DNA of 64,000 nucleotides from Octopus sinensis. Taxonomy: Eukaryota. The notes below the pieces were generated by a model, which worked only from the letters and a program-made list of their open reading frames with translations, did not search any database and was not told the origin of the DNA. The first letter of the stretch is position 1, and each line of letters starts with the position of its first letter. The DNA is taken from the NCBI RefSeq assembly GCF_006345805.1, contig NC_043016.1, positions 14,570,001 through 14,634,000 of the forward strand, written 5' to 3'. A program made the translations under genes and the position numbers. Below, piece by piece: positions 48,131 to 61,421 of this stretch.

Positions 48131-50930
48131 AATATACCAATCTTATAACTAAATTTTTTTCCTAAATCAAGCTTCTCTGGAGCTTCAGTTTCACTGACTC
48201 CCTAACGGAGACTCATTTAGATTCTTGTTCGTTAAATATCAACATCTTTAATGATTTGACTCTCATGACAATACATTATTGAAATAATTCTTTCTTTGTT
48301 GAAATTCTAAGAAAGACGATCAAATAAAGAGATTGCATAGTTTTTATCTAAAACATTCAACATTAACTTCTGCAGCATTCCAAACAAGTTAACTCATGTC
48401 AAGTGTTGACAATTTAATTTTTTCATGATCAAGTTTGTATCAATGTTTCTATAGCAATAAAAATGTGATGACCATTTTTAATTATGATAAATATATATTT
48501 TACCATGTGATTTACAATTTGAAAAGCAACATTAGTGCACAACTGACCCAAAGCCCTACCATTCAGCATAGCTATTATAGTACCAATCCAGAAACTTTTA
48601 AAACTCTATTGAAAACATAAATACCTCCATAATACAAATACTTAAAATATTTAACACAAGTTCACAGGCATGGCTGTGTGGTAAAAAGTTTGTTTCCTGA
48701 CCACATGATTCCAGGTTCAGTCCCACTTCATGGAACCTTGAGTAGGTGTCTTCTGCTACAGCCTTTGTCTGACCAAAACCTTGTTAATAGAAACTGAAAG
48801 AAGCCCATTGTATGTATGTATGTATGTATGTATGTATGTATGTATGTATGTGTGTGTGTGTATGTATGACTGTATGACTGTAAGTATGTATGTATGTATG
48901 TGTGTGTGTGTGTATGTGTGTATGTATGCATGCATGATGGATAGATAGATTAATAGGTTTGTCTAAGTGGGTGTGGTGTATTTACCGGTACAGATGAGGT
49001 ATCACTGTTGATATCTTAACGCAAAATAATTGGCTTAATGGAGATCAGTGTCATCAAAGCTATTATCTACAATAATATCCGGTTATGAAATCGTATTCAA
49101 TCTTCTAATTTTATCTTTGCCTTTGCCTTGTCTTCTGACATTTAGAAGTACTTCAGCTTTGGTTGTAATATATACAAGTCTGTAATCCATTGTTTGTATT
49201 TACCCATTTTTTGGGCAAGAGGTCAGAGTGTTTGCAATTTTGTAGATAACCTCTGAGAACTTGCTTGTTAGCAGAGATATCTAAGAACAAATAAGATGTA
49301 TGAACATTCTTGAAATGACAACTTTCTTGCATTCAAAATTTTAACAGGAACACAATTAGTATGATATATATATATATATATAGTTAATTCCATTGCCACC
49401 AAGCATACAAGGATGTAGTTCCGTTGATATACCTGTCTTTGATCCAGTTGAACCAAAAAGCCAAAGAAGCGGTTCATTGATATCTCATTGTATCTCTTTA
49501 AAAATAAACCCCTCCTCACTCTTAACTTCTATTGTATTTATTTTATAAACTTTAGTAAGCTTACAACTATTCATGGCTTTTTATGAAGGCCTGCTTATTT
49601 TACCTATAAAATAAACATGTGAAGGGACGAGCTATAATACCGGGGAACTAGTTTGTGAGATATTTCAGACAGTTGATCCATTTTTAGCCCTGTGTGTTTA
49701 CTAAAATCTTAAATCAGTTACACAAATATTACATCAATTATGTCTAATTTGTTTCCACATAAATTTCAAATGATCATTCCACAACCAAAATGTAGTCAAT
49801 TATTTTTTGTGTCAAAGAAAGATTGAAATGTTGGTCTTATCGTATGAGTGTTGATGGATCAATATAACCAGAATTTTTGTAGACAGTGCCTTCATTAATC
49901 AAATTGCAAAAAAAAAATAAAAATAGATAACTAGTGCTGGTGCCACAAAAAGGTGCCAAGTGAACACTATAAAGTGGTTGACATTAGGGAATACATCCAG
50001 CCACAGAAAGTATGCCAAAGTAGATAGTGGGAGAGGATGCAGTCATTCAACTCATCAGATGCTTGTGAAAGTCTCCTACCTGTGCCAGTATAGAACAAGT
50101 ATGTTACTGCATTGCTTACAAGCTAATAGAAAATCTTCTTGCTCACTTTATTTCTCTTAGTATAAAAAAACAGTTCTTTTAGCACGTCTAAAAGATGTTT
50201 TACTGTGAAATACTTTCACAGTTTTCTTCAACTATGTTTGTCATTAGCGTGTACCCAGGAGCCGTTGTGTTCCAGCTTTTCTTCTTAGCTTTTATTATAT
50301 TGTGAATTTATCCTTCATTTCCAAACTGTCAGTTTGCTTATAGAGTCTTTAGAATTTTCTCTCTAATTATTTTTGTCAATGTCTTCACGTGTTGCAATTT
50401 TTTGTGTCCAAATGTATTTGAATACCTTTCTTTGTCTTTACTTTTAAAAGTTAATTAAACTAAATTGTTTCATCTAAAAAGAATGATAAAGATATATGTG
50501 ATCAGACACATAGCTAGTGTTTGCCTAAAATTTGAAAGTGGGACTTGTTATTTCTTATCAAAAGATTTTCTATAAATAGCTGAACTCTTCAAGTTGACAT
50601 CATCAAAAAGCAGATCCCTAAAGTACATATATAAGCTTGACTGACTGACAACAGCAAAAAAGCTGACCATTAAGATTTGTGAGATACACCCTAAATTAGT
50701 TGATGACATCAGCATTAAACTAACCTATCAGGGATTGTTGATTGTGAGTCATTCATCAAGGCAGAAAAGAGAAGAAGCAAAGACATAAGAAGATAAGATA
50801 AGTGATCTCAGCCAAATAACCACATCCTGTTGGACAATGGAATTTTTCAAAATAATCTCAACACCTACTAACTTTAATTGGATAAAAATGTTGCCTATGA
50901 CATAATTCTTCCTTTTTCTCCTGCTCTCTG

Positions 50931-50968
<38 letters not shown>

Positions 50969-51297
50969 ATTCTCTCTCCCCCTCTCTCTCCACCCTCTCT
51001 CTCTCACCTGTTCATATTGTCACAACTTAGTTACAGAATCAACCAAGAACTACCTTACTTTCTGAAAAGAACTTTGATTCCTTTTCTCTGATTCTCTATG
51101 AGAACATCAAGTCATATAATCTTAATAAACATATGAATACAAATCATGACTCCTCTCATTCATTTGGCTTTCTAATAATTTCATTACCATAAACCATTTG
51201 AAACTTCCAAAGAAATTTATTTATGTCTTACTTTCTGCTATGATTTTTGTAATACACTGAATGAAAGTAACAAATATTGCTATTTCGTTTATTTCAG

Positions 51298-51366
51298 GCC
51301 TCATGTCGAAACAGAGGAAGTATCAGAGGTTATTTCTTAGCAGGTCGGAATATGCACTGGATCCCG
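51298..51366 (+). CDS. SLC5A: SGLT-like cotransporter, coding exon 2
   Basis: tttcAG acceptor; ASCRNRGSIRGYFLAGRNMHWIP contains the SSS signature GYFLAGR.M.W.P; donor GTAATT at 51367; phase 0/0. Confidence 0.95.
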
Positions 51367-51569
51367 GTAATTAAATCCCTTTTTATTTTATTGGACTAAT
51401 GCTAGTGTTCCATGTGATAGCAGGGTACATTGGTATGGACAACTTTCAACTATCAAGTGTTCCCACCAATTCATTCCTTTGCAGGTACAAATGGATTCCA
51501 AGGATCTCTTCTTTTCTCATTGCCAGATGCAAAACTCCAGAGTTTCTACCATCAATGGAATTTTATAAA

Positions 51570-54560
51570 TTTAAGTCAGATTTGTTTTCCAATATCTTGA
51601 CAGACATCGACTGCAGTACTGTGAGCTGGATAATGTTATGCTACTGAGAAAGGATGTCAACAAAGTTGATGTTGTAAACGATTTTTGGCCCTTAACTCTT
51701 CTTAACACTGAGTTTAAGATTTTTCCCAAGATGTTAGTAAAAAAGCTGGTGCTTTTGATTGGCGGTCTGGTGAAGAAGCGCAAATGTGCATGTCCCGACT
51801 AGGTCCATCCACAACAACCTCAACCATATGCAATACATTATAGAGAAGTTTGGGAACAAAGCTGGCTTTGGCAAGGTCCTGATTGATTTGGATTAGTTGA
51901 AAGCTTTTCATTGGGGTTGACCATGGTTACTTATAGGCCATCTTGAAAGTGGTTGGGTTTAGACATGTTTTTCGATGTTTGGTCACAGTAATGCACAGTA
52001 GCCACCTCTTAGAACCGTTTTACATTGCATACTCAGTCTGTCTCTTGAGAGATGGATCAGGAGCCTCTGCTGTTGTAAGATTTTGAACATTTTAGGGATA
52101 TTCCTATGGAGTTAGGAACCAAGAGGGCCACGTCAGCGTATGCAAAGATGTGACCCTATGATGTTGGAAGACATCAAAGCAGAGGTGGTTGGTACCATTC
52201 TAAAAAAAATACGAAATGGTTGCAGGAGTAAAAGTCAAAGCAGCCAAGTTGGTGGTGGGGGGGGGGGTGCAAATTGGCACCTGAGAAGTCAGAAGACAAC
52301 TTTGTAGGATGCTGGATTAATGGAACAATTAATGCTCAGGATTTGGTTGACAGGCACTGCAGCATGTTAAAGAATGGGGTAGTCAATGTCATCCAGAAAC
52401 CAGCTAATAAGAAGCTGTTTTTGAAAATTAAGCATAGATGGTAAATTCCTACATCGTTTCCGTTATTTTCCACAATTTGACCATTGTGCTTTATTCCAAT
52501 CACCACCAGTTATTCAGTTTCTTTTGGAAAGAATACTTTCTATCATCAGGTTGTGCATCTGCTGCCAGCACTCCCTGCATGGCAGCTTAGGCATGATCTG
52601 GCTGTTTGATATGCAGATTTGAACTGAGGTTCTGCTACTCTGCTACCCACAAGTATTCCTACATGCTGAATGGGTAAGTTGATCAGCATTCGTGGGGCAT
52701 GTCTTTCTAGAGCTTGTTTCCTTGATGAGTGAAGTTAGAATTGAGATTGGATGTCTGAAATCTTGAAAGGCATTTGGTACTTACCGGTCTCTACAAGTCA
52801 AGCGATTGGATAGGCGGATGTTACACTCTAAAGATTTCTAGAGGATTAGTGGTGGAGAAGAGAAGCAATGATCTGGGGCATTCTATGGGCTTCAATGAAT
52901 GAAAAAAAACTGGCTACAAGAAGTGTTCATTAAAGATTTACCCTGACCCACTTCCAAAGGACTGGGATAAACGAAACTTGGCATAATTATTAGTCCTTCT
53001 CTCCATAGCCACCACCAATGGTGACAAACTTCTCTCATTGCTTTATGCAGCTGTGAAGACCTCATCTGTAGAAGTCGGTAAGTTGCATCTGGAGCCAAGA
53101 CTTTACCTCAGAAATAAGTTCATCATCATCTGAAAAGTGCTTCCCTTCAAAAAAAGACTTCATGTTTGGAAAGAGGTGGAAGTCAGATGGTGTAAGGTCA
53201 GGAGGGTAAGGGGGATGAAGAAGTATTTCATAGCTGCAGGAGTGTGCATTCATCTGGGCAATATGCACATTGTGAACTGGGGCATAGTCTTGGAGGAGGC
53301 GGACTCCTTTGGTCAGCATTCCACACCTCTTTGCTTTGATGGCATCCTGCAATTTCTGCAGCAGAGAAGCATAATATGCCCCATTAATTGTGGTGCCCTT
53401 TGCCAGAAAATCCATCATCACTACTCTGCACTGGTCCTCAAAAACCTGTGAGCATCACCTTGCCTGTTAAGGGTTGAACAGGAGCCTTCTTTGGAAGTGG
53501 TGAGTTATCATGCTTCCATTGCTTTAATGTAGTGATGGACCCATATTTCATCTTCTGTGATAAGTCTGCCAAAATAGTCCTCCTTATTTTCTTGGCACAT
53601 TGTCAAAAGAGCCTAGGAGCAATTGACTCATTCCTGCTTCTGAAAAGTTGTGAGATTCCAGGGAATCCATTATGCAGACAACTTCCACATGTGAAAATGG
53701 TCATGAATGATTTTTTTCCCACGAGCCCTACACTTATCTTCACTTCTTGGGCTAGTTTCCGAATAGTTATGAGGTGATCCGCTAAAATGGTGACTTCCAC
53801 TTTATGGAGAGTGTTGTCATCAATGGTGGAATGTGGCCATTAAAGAATAGGAGAAGTTTCCACTGATGTCCAACCACATTTGAACTGGCAATGGCAGTGC
53901 TTGACTACATCGTATGGCAAATGGATACTAGAGGAAAATTGCAATTTACAATGTGACATGTAAGGATGTGTACGATTATACCTGTACAAGTTCTGTTTCA
54001 TGCAAAAACCGGAAGTGGGAAGGGGAAATCTTTAATGAACACCCCTCGTAGTCTGTTCTGGAAAGCTTTTTTTTATTAGGGTCTGTTCTGAATAACTTCC
54101 AGTTGTTCTTGACTTGGTGGTGCTACCAAGGGGCTCTACTACCTTGGGATAAGCCCTAGCTCTGCCTGAGATGTGCTCGGAGTGACTAAACTATTCTCTT
54201 CACACTCATTCAGTGTCCAGGTATTGTTGACTTAGGCAGTCATATCAAACAGCTTGTGTCATATGCGAGATGGATCTGGCGTTCAGTGAAATCCATCTTT
54301 ATGATTGCTCCACTATCTTTAATCAGAGAGGAAGCCAGTTTTCCTTTTTGCTGGAGGCTATAGCAAAAAACAAAAAAAAAGAAAGGTTTTGTGGTCGACA
54401 AAGTTGAAATGTCCCAGGACAGAGACATACTTCTTTGGAAGAGCCTTCAGTGACTTTTTTTTAAAGTTTAACTTGGAAGGTAAGGTTGGAGAAGATGGTG
54501 CTATTGTTGATTGAATTTATTGAAAGGTGAGTGGGAATAGCAAAAATAATAAGAGTGGAT
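51570..54560 (+). mobile_element. Decayed L1/Tx1-type LINE in intron 2
   Basis: FWPLTLLNTEFKIF..RSIHNNL..IDLD.LKAF..VDHGYL; SAYA.DVT; LASLFW..NNFQ..WWCY. Confidence 0.8.
52917..54048 (-). mobile_element. Near full-length decayed mariner
   Basis: TIRs CAAGAAGTGTTCATTAAAGATTT / CGAGGGGTGTTCATTAAAGATTT, TA on both sides; transposase LLQDYAPVH, PYPPDLTPSDFHLF. Confidence 0.93.
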
Positions 54561-54834
54561 AAGATTGCTCTAAGTATGAACCTGTAAGCTGGAGAATGAC
54601 AGTTGGAGAAGGCATATGCTCATTCATGGTGTGCAGGTTGGTCACGGATTTGTGAGTTCTTCATCTGGTCCTCCTAGATGGAGGGCCTTCTGTATCAGCA
54701 GGCTTGCAACATCATCTTTCATTATTTGTATACCATGTTTTTTTTTTACCCTCATTCAATTTTTCTAAGTAATACCCTACACTTCTTGTAGAAATTTGTG
54801 ATCGTTGCCCTCAAACTTTACCTTGGTGGCGAAG

Positions 54835-55616
54835 AGTGGCGAGAATGGATGAAGATTGCTGTGTGAAAAAGTGCCACACCCTAGCAGTTGAGGGAACCTG
54901 TGGAAGAGGTAGACCCAGGAAAACCTGGGATGAGATGGTGAAGCACCACCTTCAAACATTAGGCCTCACCAAGGCAATGACTAGTGACTGAGACCTTTGG
55001 AAATATGCTGTGCATGAGAAGACCCGGCAGGACAAGTGAGACCATAACCAGGGATGTAGCCAGCTAACTTATGCATACCTTTCCTTCTTTGGACACACAA
55101 CTCTGCTTGCGAAGACCTGTTGGGGCAAGTGAAATTGAAACTGAACCAAATTTGATGACTGGCACCTGTGCCTGTGGAGCGCTAACAGCTCCATCCGAGC
55201 AGGATCACAGCCAAAGCAGCTGTCTGGCTTCCGTGCCGGTGGCACATAAAAAGCACCATTTGAGCGTGATTGTTACCTGCGTCGCCTTACTGGCACTTGT
55301 GCTGGTGGCACGTGAAAAAACATTCGAGCGAAGTCATTGCCAGTGCTGCTGGCCTGACTCCTGTGCAGGTGGCACATAAAAAACACCATTTTCGAGCGTG
55401 GCCGTTGCCAGTACCGCCAGACTGGCTCTCGTGCCAGTGGCACGTAAAATCACCTACTACACTCTCGGAGTGGTTGGTGTTAGGAAGGGCATCCAGCTGT
55501 AGAAACTTTGCTAGATCAGATTGGAGCCTGGTGCAGCCATCTGATTCGCCAGTCCTCAGTCAATTTGTCCAACCCATGCTAGCATGGAATGCGGACATTA
55601 AACGATGATGATGATG
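54835..55616 (+). mobile_element. Family P LINE 3' end
   Basis: RMDEDCCVKKCHTLAVEGTCGRGRPRKTW, five repeat units, tail, (GAT)n. Confidence 0.92.
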
Positions 55617-55944
55617 TTTGGATTTTGCTTTGTGTTTATACAAATAACTCCAAGTCTTAACCAGAGACTTCAAAAGACAACAAGTTAGAAGTTCAAGTTG
55701 GTATTATGACTAAGGTGGCTGATAATTGCCATGTTTTTAGATTTGTACAAAGTATTGCTCCAGAGAATGTCTGTCGAAAAATAAGAAAATCAAAATTTGT
55801 TTTAAAAGTAATTTGATGATAAGATGATAGTGTGAGCTTAAGATTAAGGGAGTTTGCTATTATGTACATTTAAAAGTTTGCTATTATGTACATTTAAAAG
55901 TACTTTTATTATGTTTGTAGATTAAAATGTCTTTGGAATTACCT

Positions 55945-55987
55945 ATTATTATTGTTGTTGTTATTGTTGTTATTGTTGCTGTTGTTG

Positions 55988-56018
<31 letters not shown>

Positions 56019-56072
56019 ATTATTATTATTATTATTATTGTTGTTGTTGTTGTTGTTATTATTGCTGTTGTT
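55945..56072. repeat. (ATT)n/(GTT)n microsatellite abutting the exon 3 acceptor
   Basis: Direct inspection. Confidence 0.95.
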
Positions 56073-56088
56073 ATCTCTTGGTTATTAG

Positions 56089-56193
56089 GTAGGGGCTTCA
56101 CTTTTTGCAAGTAATATTGGAAGTGGACATTTTGTTGGACTTGCTGGCTCCGGAGCGGCAACAGGGATAGGAATTGCTGCATTTGAATTAAAC
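56089..56193 (+). CDS. SLC5A: SGLT-like cotransporter, coding exon 3
   Basis: ttattAG acceptor; [35 protein letters not shown] (105 nt), nearly identical to SGLT1/2 TM1; donor GTAAGT at 56194. Exon 4 not found before 64000. Confidence 0.97.
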
Positions 56194-57015
56194 GTAAGTA
56201 TCGCAACATTTATCGATGAGAGCAAAGAGGAAATGGCAATTTCCTTGCTAAGTAAATGAAGAAACAATGTCTTTATTTCTTCAATTCCTTAACTGTAAAT
56301 CTGGCCAATTACAGGAATGTAACAATCCTCACTCACATCTTCCTAAAAATCAACGGAACTGATCATTCACTGACAGTTCTACATACTACCTTGTGTGTAA
56401 GGTAGATAAATGTTTGTTACAACATTATATTACATCTGGTACACACACATACGTATATATTTAAAGAAAGATTTTTTTTAAAGTTATAAACAATTTTTTT
56501 AAATATGTAAAAACAAATGTCACAAACTTGGGGAAGAAGTTTTCATGTAGTGAGTATTTTGTGTGGAGGTGCTTTCATTGCTCAACTTTTCAAAATTGTT
56601 TTGTGTTTATGGTGCATCATCCTTTTATACAGTTCAGTGTAAAATTCCTCTCATAATTTCCATTATGTTCACAATTAAGGCCCTAATCAGCAAAAAAACT
56701 TGCGGCCCTTCCAGCATAAGTACCAACCATTTAGTAATATTTTTTACTGTCAAAGTGTAATTTGTGAAATTTCTGTATTCTCATCTATATTCTCTGCTTA
56801 CTCTTGTTCTAAAAAGTATCAGTTCCTCATTAGATAAACTTTCTCTGTGGAATGTTAACAACTCACCTACAACAAATCCTATGATTTGCCTGAAAGCTTT
56901 TCTCAGATAATATGCCTTGAATTTAGCAACCACACCTCGATCCATTGATTAAAGTAAAGAAGCTGCATTGTTGGTAAAATACTTGAATCTCTTGACAATA
57001 TATTCTACTCTCACT

Positions 57016-57351
57016 TTTTTCGATTCCCAGACCGGGCGTTGTGAGTGTTTATTGAGCGAAAACACCTAAAGCTCCACGAGGCTCCGGCAGGGGATGGTGG
57101 TGATCCCTGCTGTACTCTTTCACCACAACTTTCTCTCACTCTTACTTCCTGTTTCTGTTGTACCTGTATTTCAAAGGGGCCGGCCTTATCACTCTCTGTG
57201 TCACGCTGAATATCCCCGAGAACTACGTTAAGGGTACACGTGTCTGTGGAGTGCTCAGCCACTTACACGTTAATTTCATGAGTAGGCTGTTCCGTTGATT
57301 CGGACCAACCGGAACCCTCATCGTCGTAACCGACAGAGTGCTTCCACAGCC
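57016..57351 (+). mobile_element. SINE family B, 5'-truncated, with 11-bp TSD
   Basis: ACTCTCACTTT at 57007-57017 and 57352-57362. Confidence 0.9.
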
Positions 57352-58329
57352 ACTCTCACTTTACACAGAAAGCTTGTTTAAGATCCCTGAATGGCTTGTT
57401 GCACTGTCAAAGAGGAGCTATGCATTGTTGGAAACATCATGCTTGACATTGTATCTTTCTATTGTAGGACAAAAAAACTTTTGTAATCCACATTTCAAAA
57501 AAGCTCTTAGTCATCCATTCCTTATTATTTGAATCCAAAATCAGAAGCAAACTAAACTTCGCATAAACAAGTGGAATTCCCTCTAGAAGAATCATTAAAT
57601 GATTTTTGGAAACTTTAAATTCTCATGTGATTTTTTTTTTCTCCGAGAAATAAAAATTCTAGCAAGTATGTGCCTCTAGAAAAGAGCAGTTTCATCAATA
57701 TTGAATATTTGCTTTGGGATGGAGCTCCCATTCAGCAATAATTTTTTACTGCAACTCAGAATAATTAGTAATAGCCTCTGTGTCTGCACTGGCAGCATTG
57801 CCTGTCGTTTTTATGTTGTGCAAATTCAAGCATTTCTTAAACATTTCAAACCATTCATTAGAAATTTTACCTTCCTTTTGTTTTTCTGCAATTCACCATA
57901 CAAACTTTGCACAATGTATCAAGTCTGATCATCAGTCCATACATCCAAAAGCCATCTTATTTAAAGCATCACATCAGATCTATGAAAAAATAAGTTCCAA
58001 GCAGTTAATGAAGTAACTTCTGAAACACTTGACTTAATTTTCTCTCTGTTGTAATGTATTGTTCCTTCTACTGATGTTGCAAGGTTAAGTGTTTTGGCAA
58101 TGTGGCTGATTTGTATCTCCTGCATCAAGTTTAATATCCACTGTAATCCTTTTTGTAGCTTCACTTTGAACTACAGCCTGCAGTCCCACTTGATGGTTCC
58201 TTTGCACAAATCTTGAATTGTAGGCAAATCCAACAGCTGCAGCAATCAATGAATATCCACAACAAATAGATAGCAAAAATAAGAGCAGAAAATTGTCTTC
58301 TAGTTCGCATGGATATAGAACTGAAATGT

Positions 58330-58630
58330 GAAGGCATATGGCTTAGTGGTAAGGGTATTCACCTCATGGTCGTATGTTCATGAATTCAATTCCTGGCAAC
58401 ACATTGGGTCCTTGAGCAAGACACTTTATTTCACCTTGCTCCAGTTCACTCAGCTGGCAAAAATGAGTTTTACCTGTAATTTAAAGGGCCAGCCTTGTCA
58501 CGCGCTGTGTCACGCTGAATCTCTCAGAGAATTACATTAAGGTTACACATGTCTGTGGAGTGCTCAGCCACATGCACGTTAATTTCACGATCAGGCTTTT
58601 CCATTGATCGGATCAGTTGGAACCCTCACC
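58330..58630 (+). mobile_element. SINE with different head/central domain but family B 3' half
   Basis: gtccttgagcaagacacttt central block, then aaagggccagccttgtcac...caacggagtgcc as in family B. Confidence 0.7.
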
Positions 58631-58689
58631 GTCATAACCAACGGAGTGCCATAGAGAGATTAGAACTGCAATGAAAGAGTGAAGTGAGA

Positions 58690-59345
58690 TGGATGGATGG
58701 GTGGGTGGACGGATGGGTGGGTGGATAGGTGGATGGATGGGTAAATGGAAAGATAGATGGATGAATGGATGGAGGGATGGATGGATTAGTGGGTGGGTGG
58801 GTGGATGAATGGATGGGTGGATGGATGGGTGAGTGGGCGGAAGGGTGAATGGACGGCTGAATGGATGGATGGGTGGGTGGGTTGATGGATAAATGGAAGG
58901 ATGAATGGATGGGTGAATGAAAGGATGGATGGATGGATGGGTGGGTGGGTGGACGGATAGATGGGTGAATGGAAGGCTAGATGGATGAATGGAAGGCTAG
59001 ATAGATGGATGGATGGATGGGTGGGTGGGTGGATGGATGGGTGGGTGAATGGATGGATGAATGGGTGAATGGGTGGATGGATGGACGGTCAGGTGAATGA
59101 GTGGACAGATGAATGGAGGGAGATACAGATGGACAGATAGGTGGATGGGTGGTTGGATGACTGAGAAGATGGATGGATGGATGGATGGTTGGATGGATGG
59201 ATGGTTGGATGGATGGACAAGTGGGTGGTGGAGGGACGGGTGTGTGTGTGTACGGGTAGATGGATGAATGGATGGATTGATGGGTAGGTAGGTGTGTGGT
59301 TAGGTGTGTGTATGAGTGTTTGGGTAGGTGTGTTGATGGATAGAT
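58690..59345. repeat. (GGAT)n/(GGGT)n tetranucleotide array
   Basis: Direct inspection. Confidence 0.95.
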
Positions 59346-60884
59346 GGACAGAGAGACAGACGGATGGAGGGAGGGACACACTGAGTGATAAATAGATAAA
59401 AAGACTGACACTCATTTGACCAAAAGAAATATTGGTCAAATATTCAGTGTGAAAAATTCTACTTCTCACTCCATAATGCTTATAGTGATGCATACACAAC
59501 ACACACACACACACACACACTCATTCACCCCCACTCATTCACCCCCACTCACACATGTATCTATGTATCATGATTATAATTGTCCAAAATGTTAACTATT
59601 TTGATCTCATCTAAAATTCCTTTAGGCTGAAAAGAAAGTTTGTTTTTTAAATTCTTTAAATTTATCTGAGTTTCCATAATGGTGAAATGGCAGACCATAT
59701 CTCATAATTAGCAGTTATACTTTACAATTTTCATATGTGTGAAATCCTGTTAGCTGAGGAAGCCATTACTGTAGGGGTGGAGGGAACACTTATAATTATA
59801 AAATGTGCTGCTCATGCATAAAAATGTTGTGTCATAAATTTTAATTAAATTTTGTAATTATGAGTGAAACAACTGTTCAATATCAGACAGGTTGTGTGGC
59901 AAAACTGATGTGAACCACTCTACCCTTTTGCCTGAGAAATATATCCAAGAAATGACACAGAAAAAGATCATGTATTTGGGTATACTGTAAGGTGGGAAGC
60001 GAAGGCTGATGGCTTAGTGGTTAGGTTGTTGCACTTGTGATCAGAAGATTATGAGTTCGATACCTTGACCAAGTGATGCATTGTGTTGTTGAGCTAAAAA
60101 CTTGGTTTCACATTGTCCCTGTTTTCTCAGCTGGTAAAAATAAGGAATCCCATGACGGACCAGCATCCCATTCAGGAAGGAATATATACATCGGAGAAAC
60201 TGGGAAACCAGTTCTATGTTCCTTGTGGCATAATGTAGATTAACCAACCATTAAATGGTAAAGGTTTTCAGTTGTCCTCAAAACAGTAGTTAGATGATAC
60301 TCTGTCTGATAGTTGGGTAATGGTTTCTCCTACACAACAACGGCCATAAAAATGAGGTACTCAAGTCTGAATTGAAGTGACAACACAATGAAGACTCTGT
60401 GGTGTCGGTTTACATATGCAAGTGAAAGAAAGAAAGAGAGAGAGACAGAGAGAGTAAGTATTTATGTGTCTGTATGTATACATTTGACTGTTTCATTTTT
60501 CTGTTGAAAAGTTATATTTTTATTATATGCGTGAGAATTAATGTTGCAAGTATAAAGGTGTGCATTGACAACAGACATTTTATTGTATCTTGTACAAACA
60601 TGAAGAAAAGGAAGTTTAATGAACTAATGCACCATTAGTGAAGTTTTATGCAGCATTGTGTCAGTGGAACCAGTTTAGACTCGGTGCTGTTGGCTTATGT
60701 ATACGAGTGAGGGAAAGAGAGAGTGAGTGAAAGAGAGAGTGAGGGAAAGAGAGAGTGAGTGAAAGAGAGAGTGAGTGAAAGAGAGAGTGAGGGAAAGAGA
60801 GAGTGAGGGAAAGAGAGAGTGAGGGAAAGAGAGAGTGAGTGAAAGAGAGTGTAAGCATTTATGTATATGTATTTATACATTTGG

Positions 60885-61180
60885 TTGAGACACAATGGCC
60901 CAGTGGTTAGGGTAGTGGACTCGCGGTTTCGGTTCCCAGACCGGGCATTATGAGTGTTTATTGAGCGAAAACACCTAAAGCTCCACGAGGCTCCGGCAGA
61001 AGGTGGTGGCGAACCCTGCTGTACTCTTTCACCACAACTTTCTCTCACTCTTACTTCCTGTTTCTGTTGTACCTGTATTTCAAAGGGCCAGCCTTGTCAC
61101 ACTCCGTGTCATGCTGAATCTCCCCAAGATTAAGGGTACACGTGTCTGTAGAGTGCTCAGCCACTTGTACGTTAATAGAT
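60885..61180 (+). mobile_element. SINE family B copy
   Basis: gacacaatggcccagtggttaggg...ttcccagaccggg...gagtgctcagccac. Confidence 0.88.
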
Positions 61181-61421
61181 GAGCTGCAACATCACTGGTG
61201 CCGAGCTGTATCGGTCTTTGTCTTTCCCTTGGATAGCATTGGTGGCGTGGAGAGGGGAGGCTGGTATGCATGGGCGACTGCTGGTCTTCCATAAACAACC
61301 TTGCCCAGGGTAACTTTCTAGGTGCAATCCCCTGGTCATTCATGACCAGGGGGCGGGGGGCACAACAATTTATACATTTGACTGTACCTGTGTTTGTGTG
61401 TGTGGAGTGCAATAAGCTTAA

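Noticed and set aside
49000-49360. Protein-like decayed frames on minus
   Set aside because: Multiple stops and no family motif I can identify.
57700-57760. IFALGW as possible SLC5A exon 4
   Set aside because: Lacks the expected LGW.F.P.YI motif and suitable splice sites.
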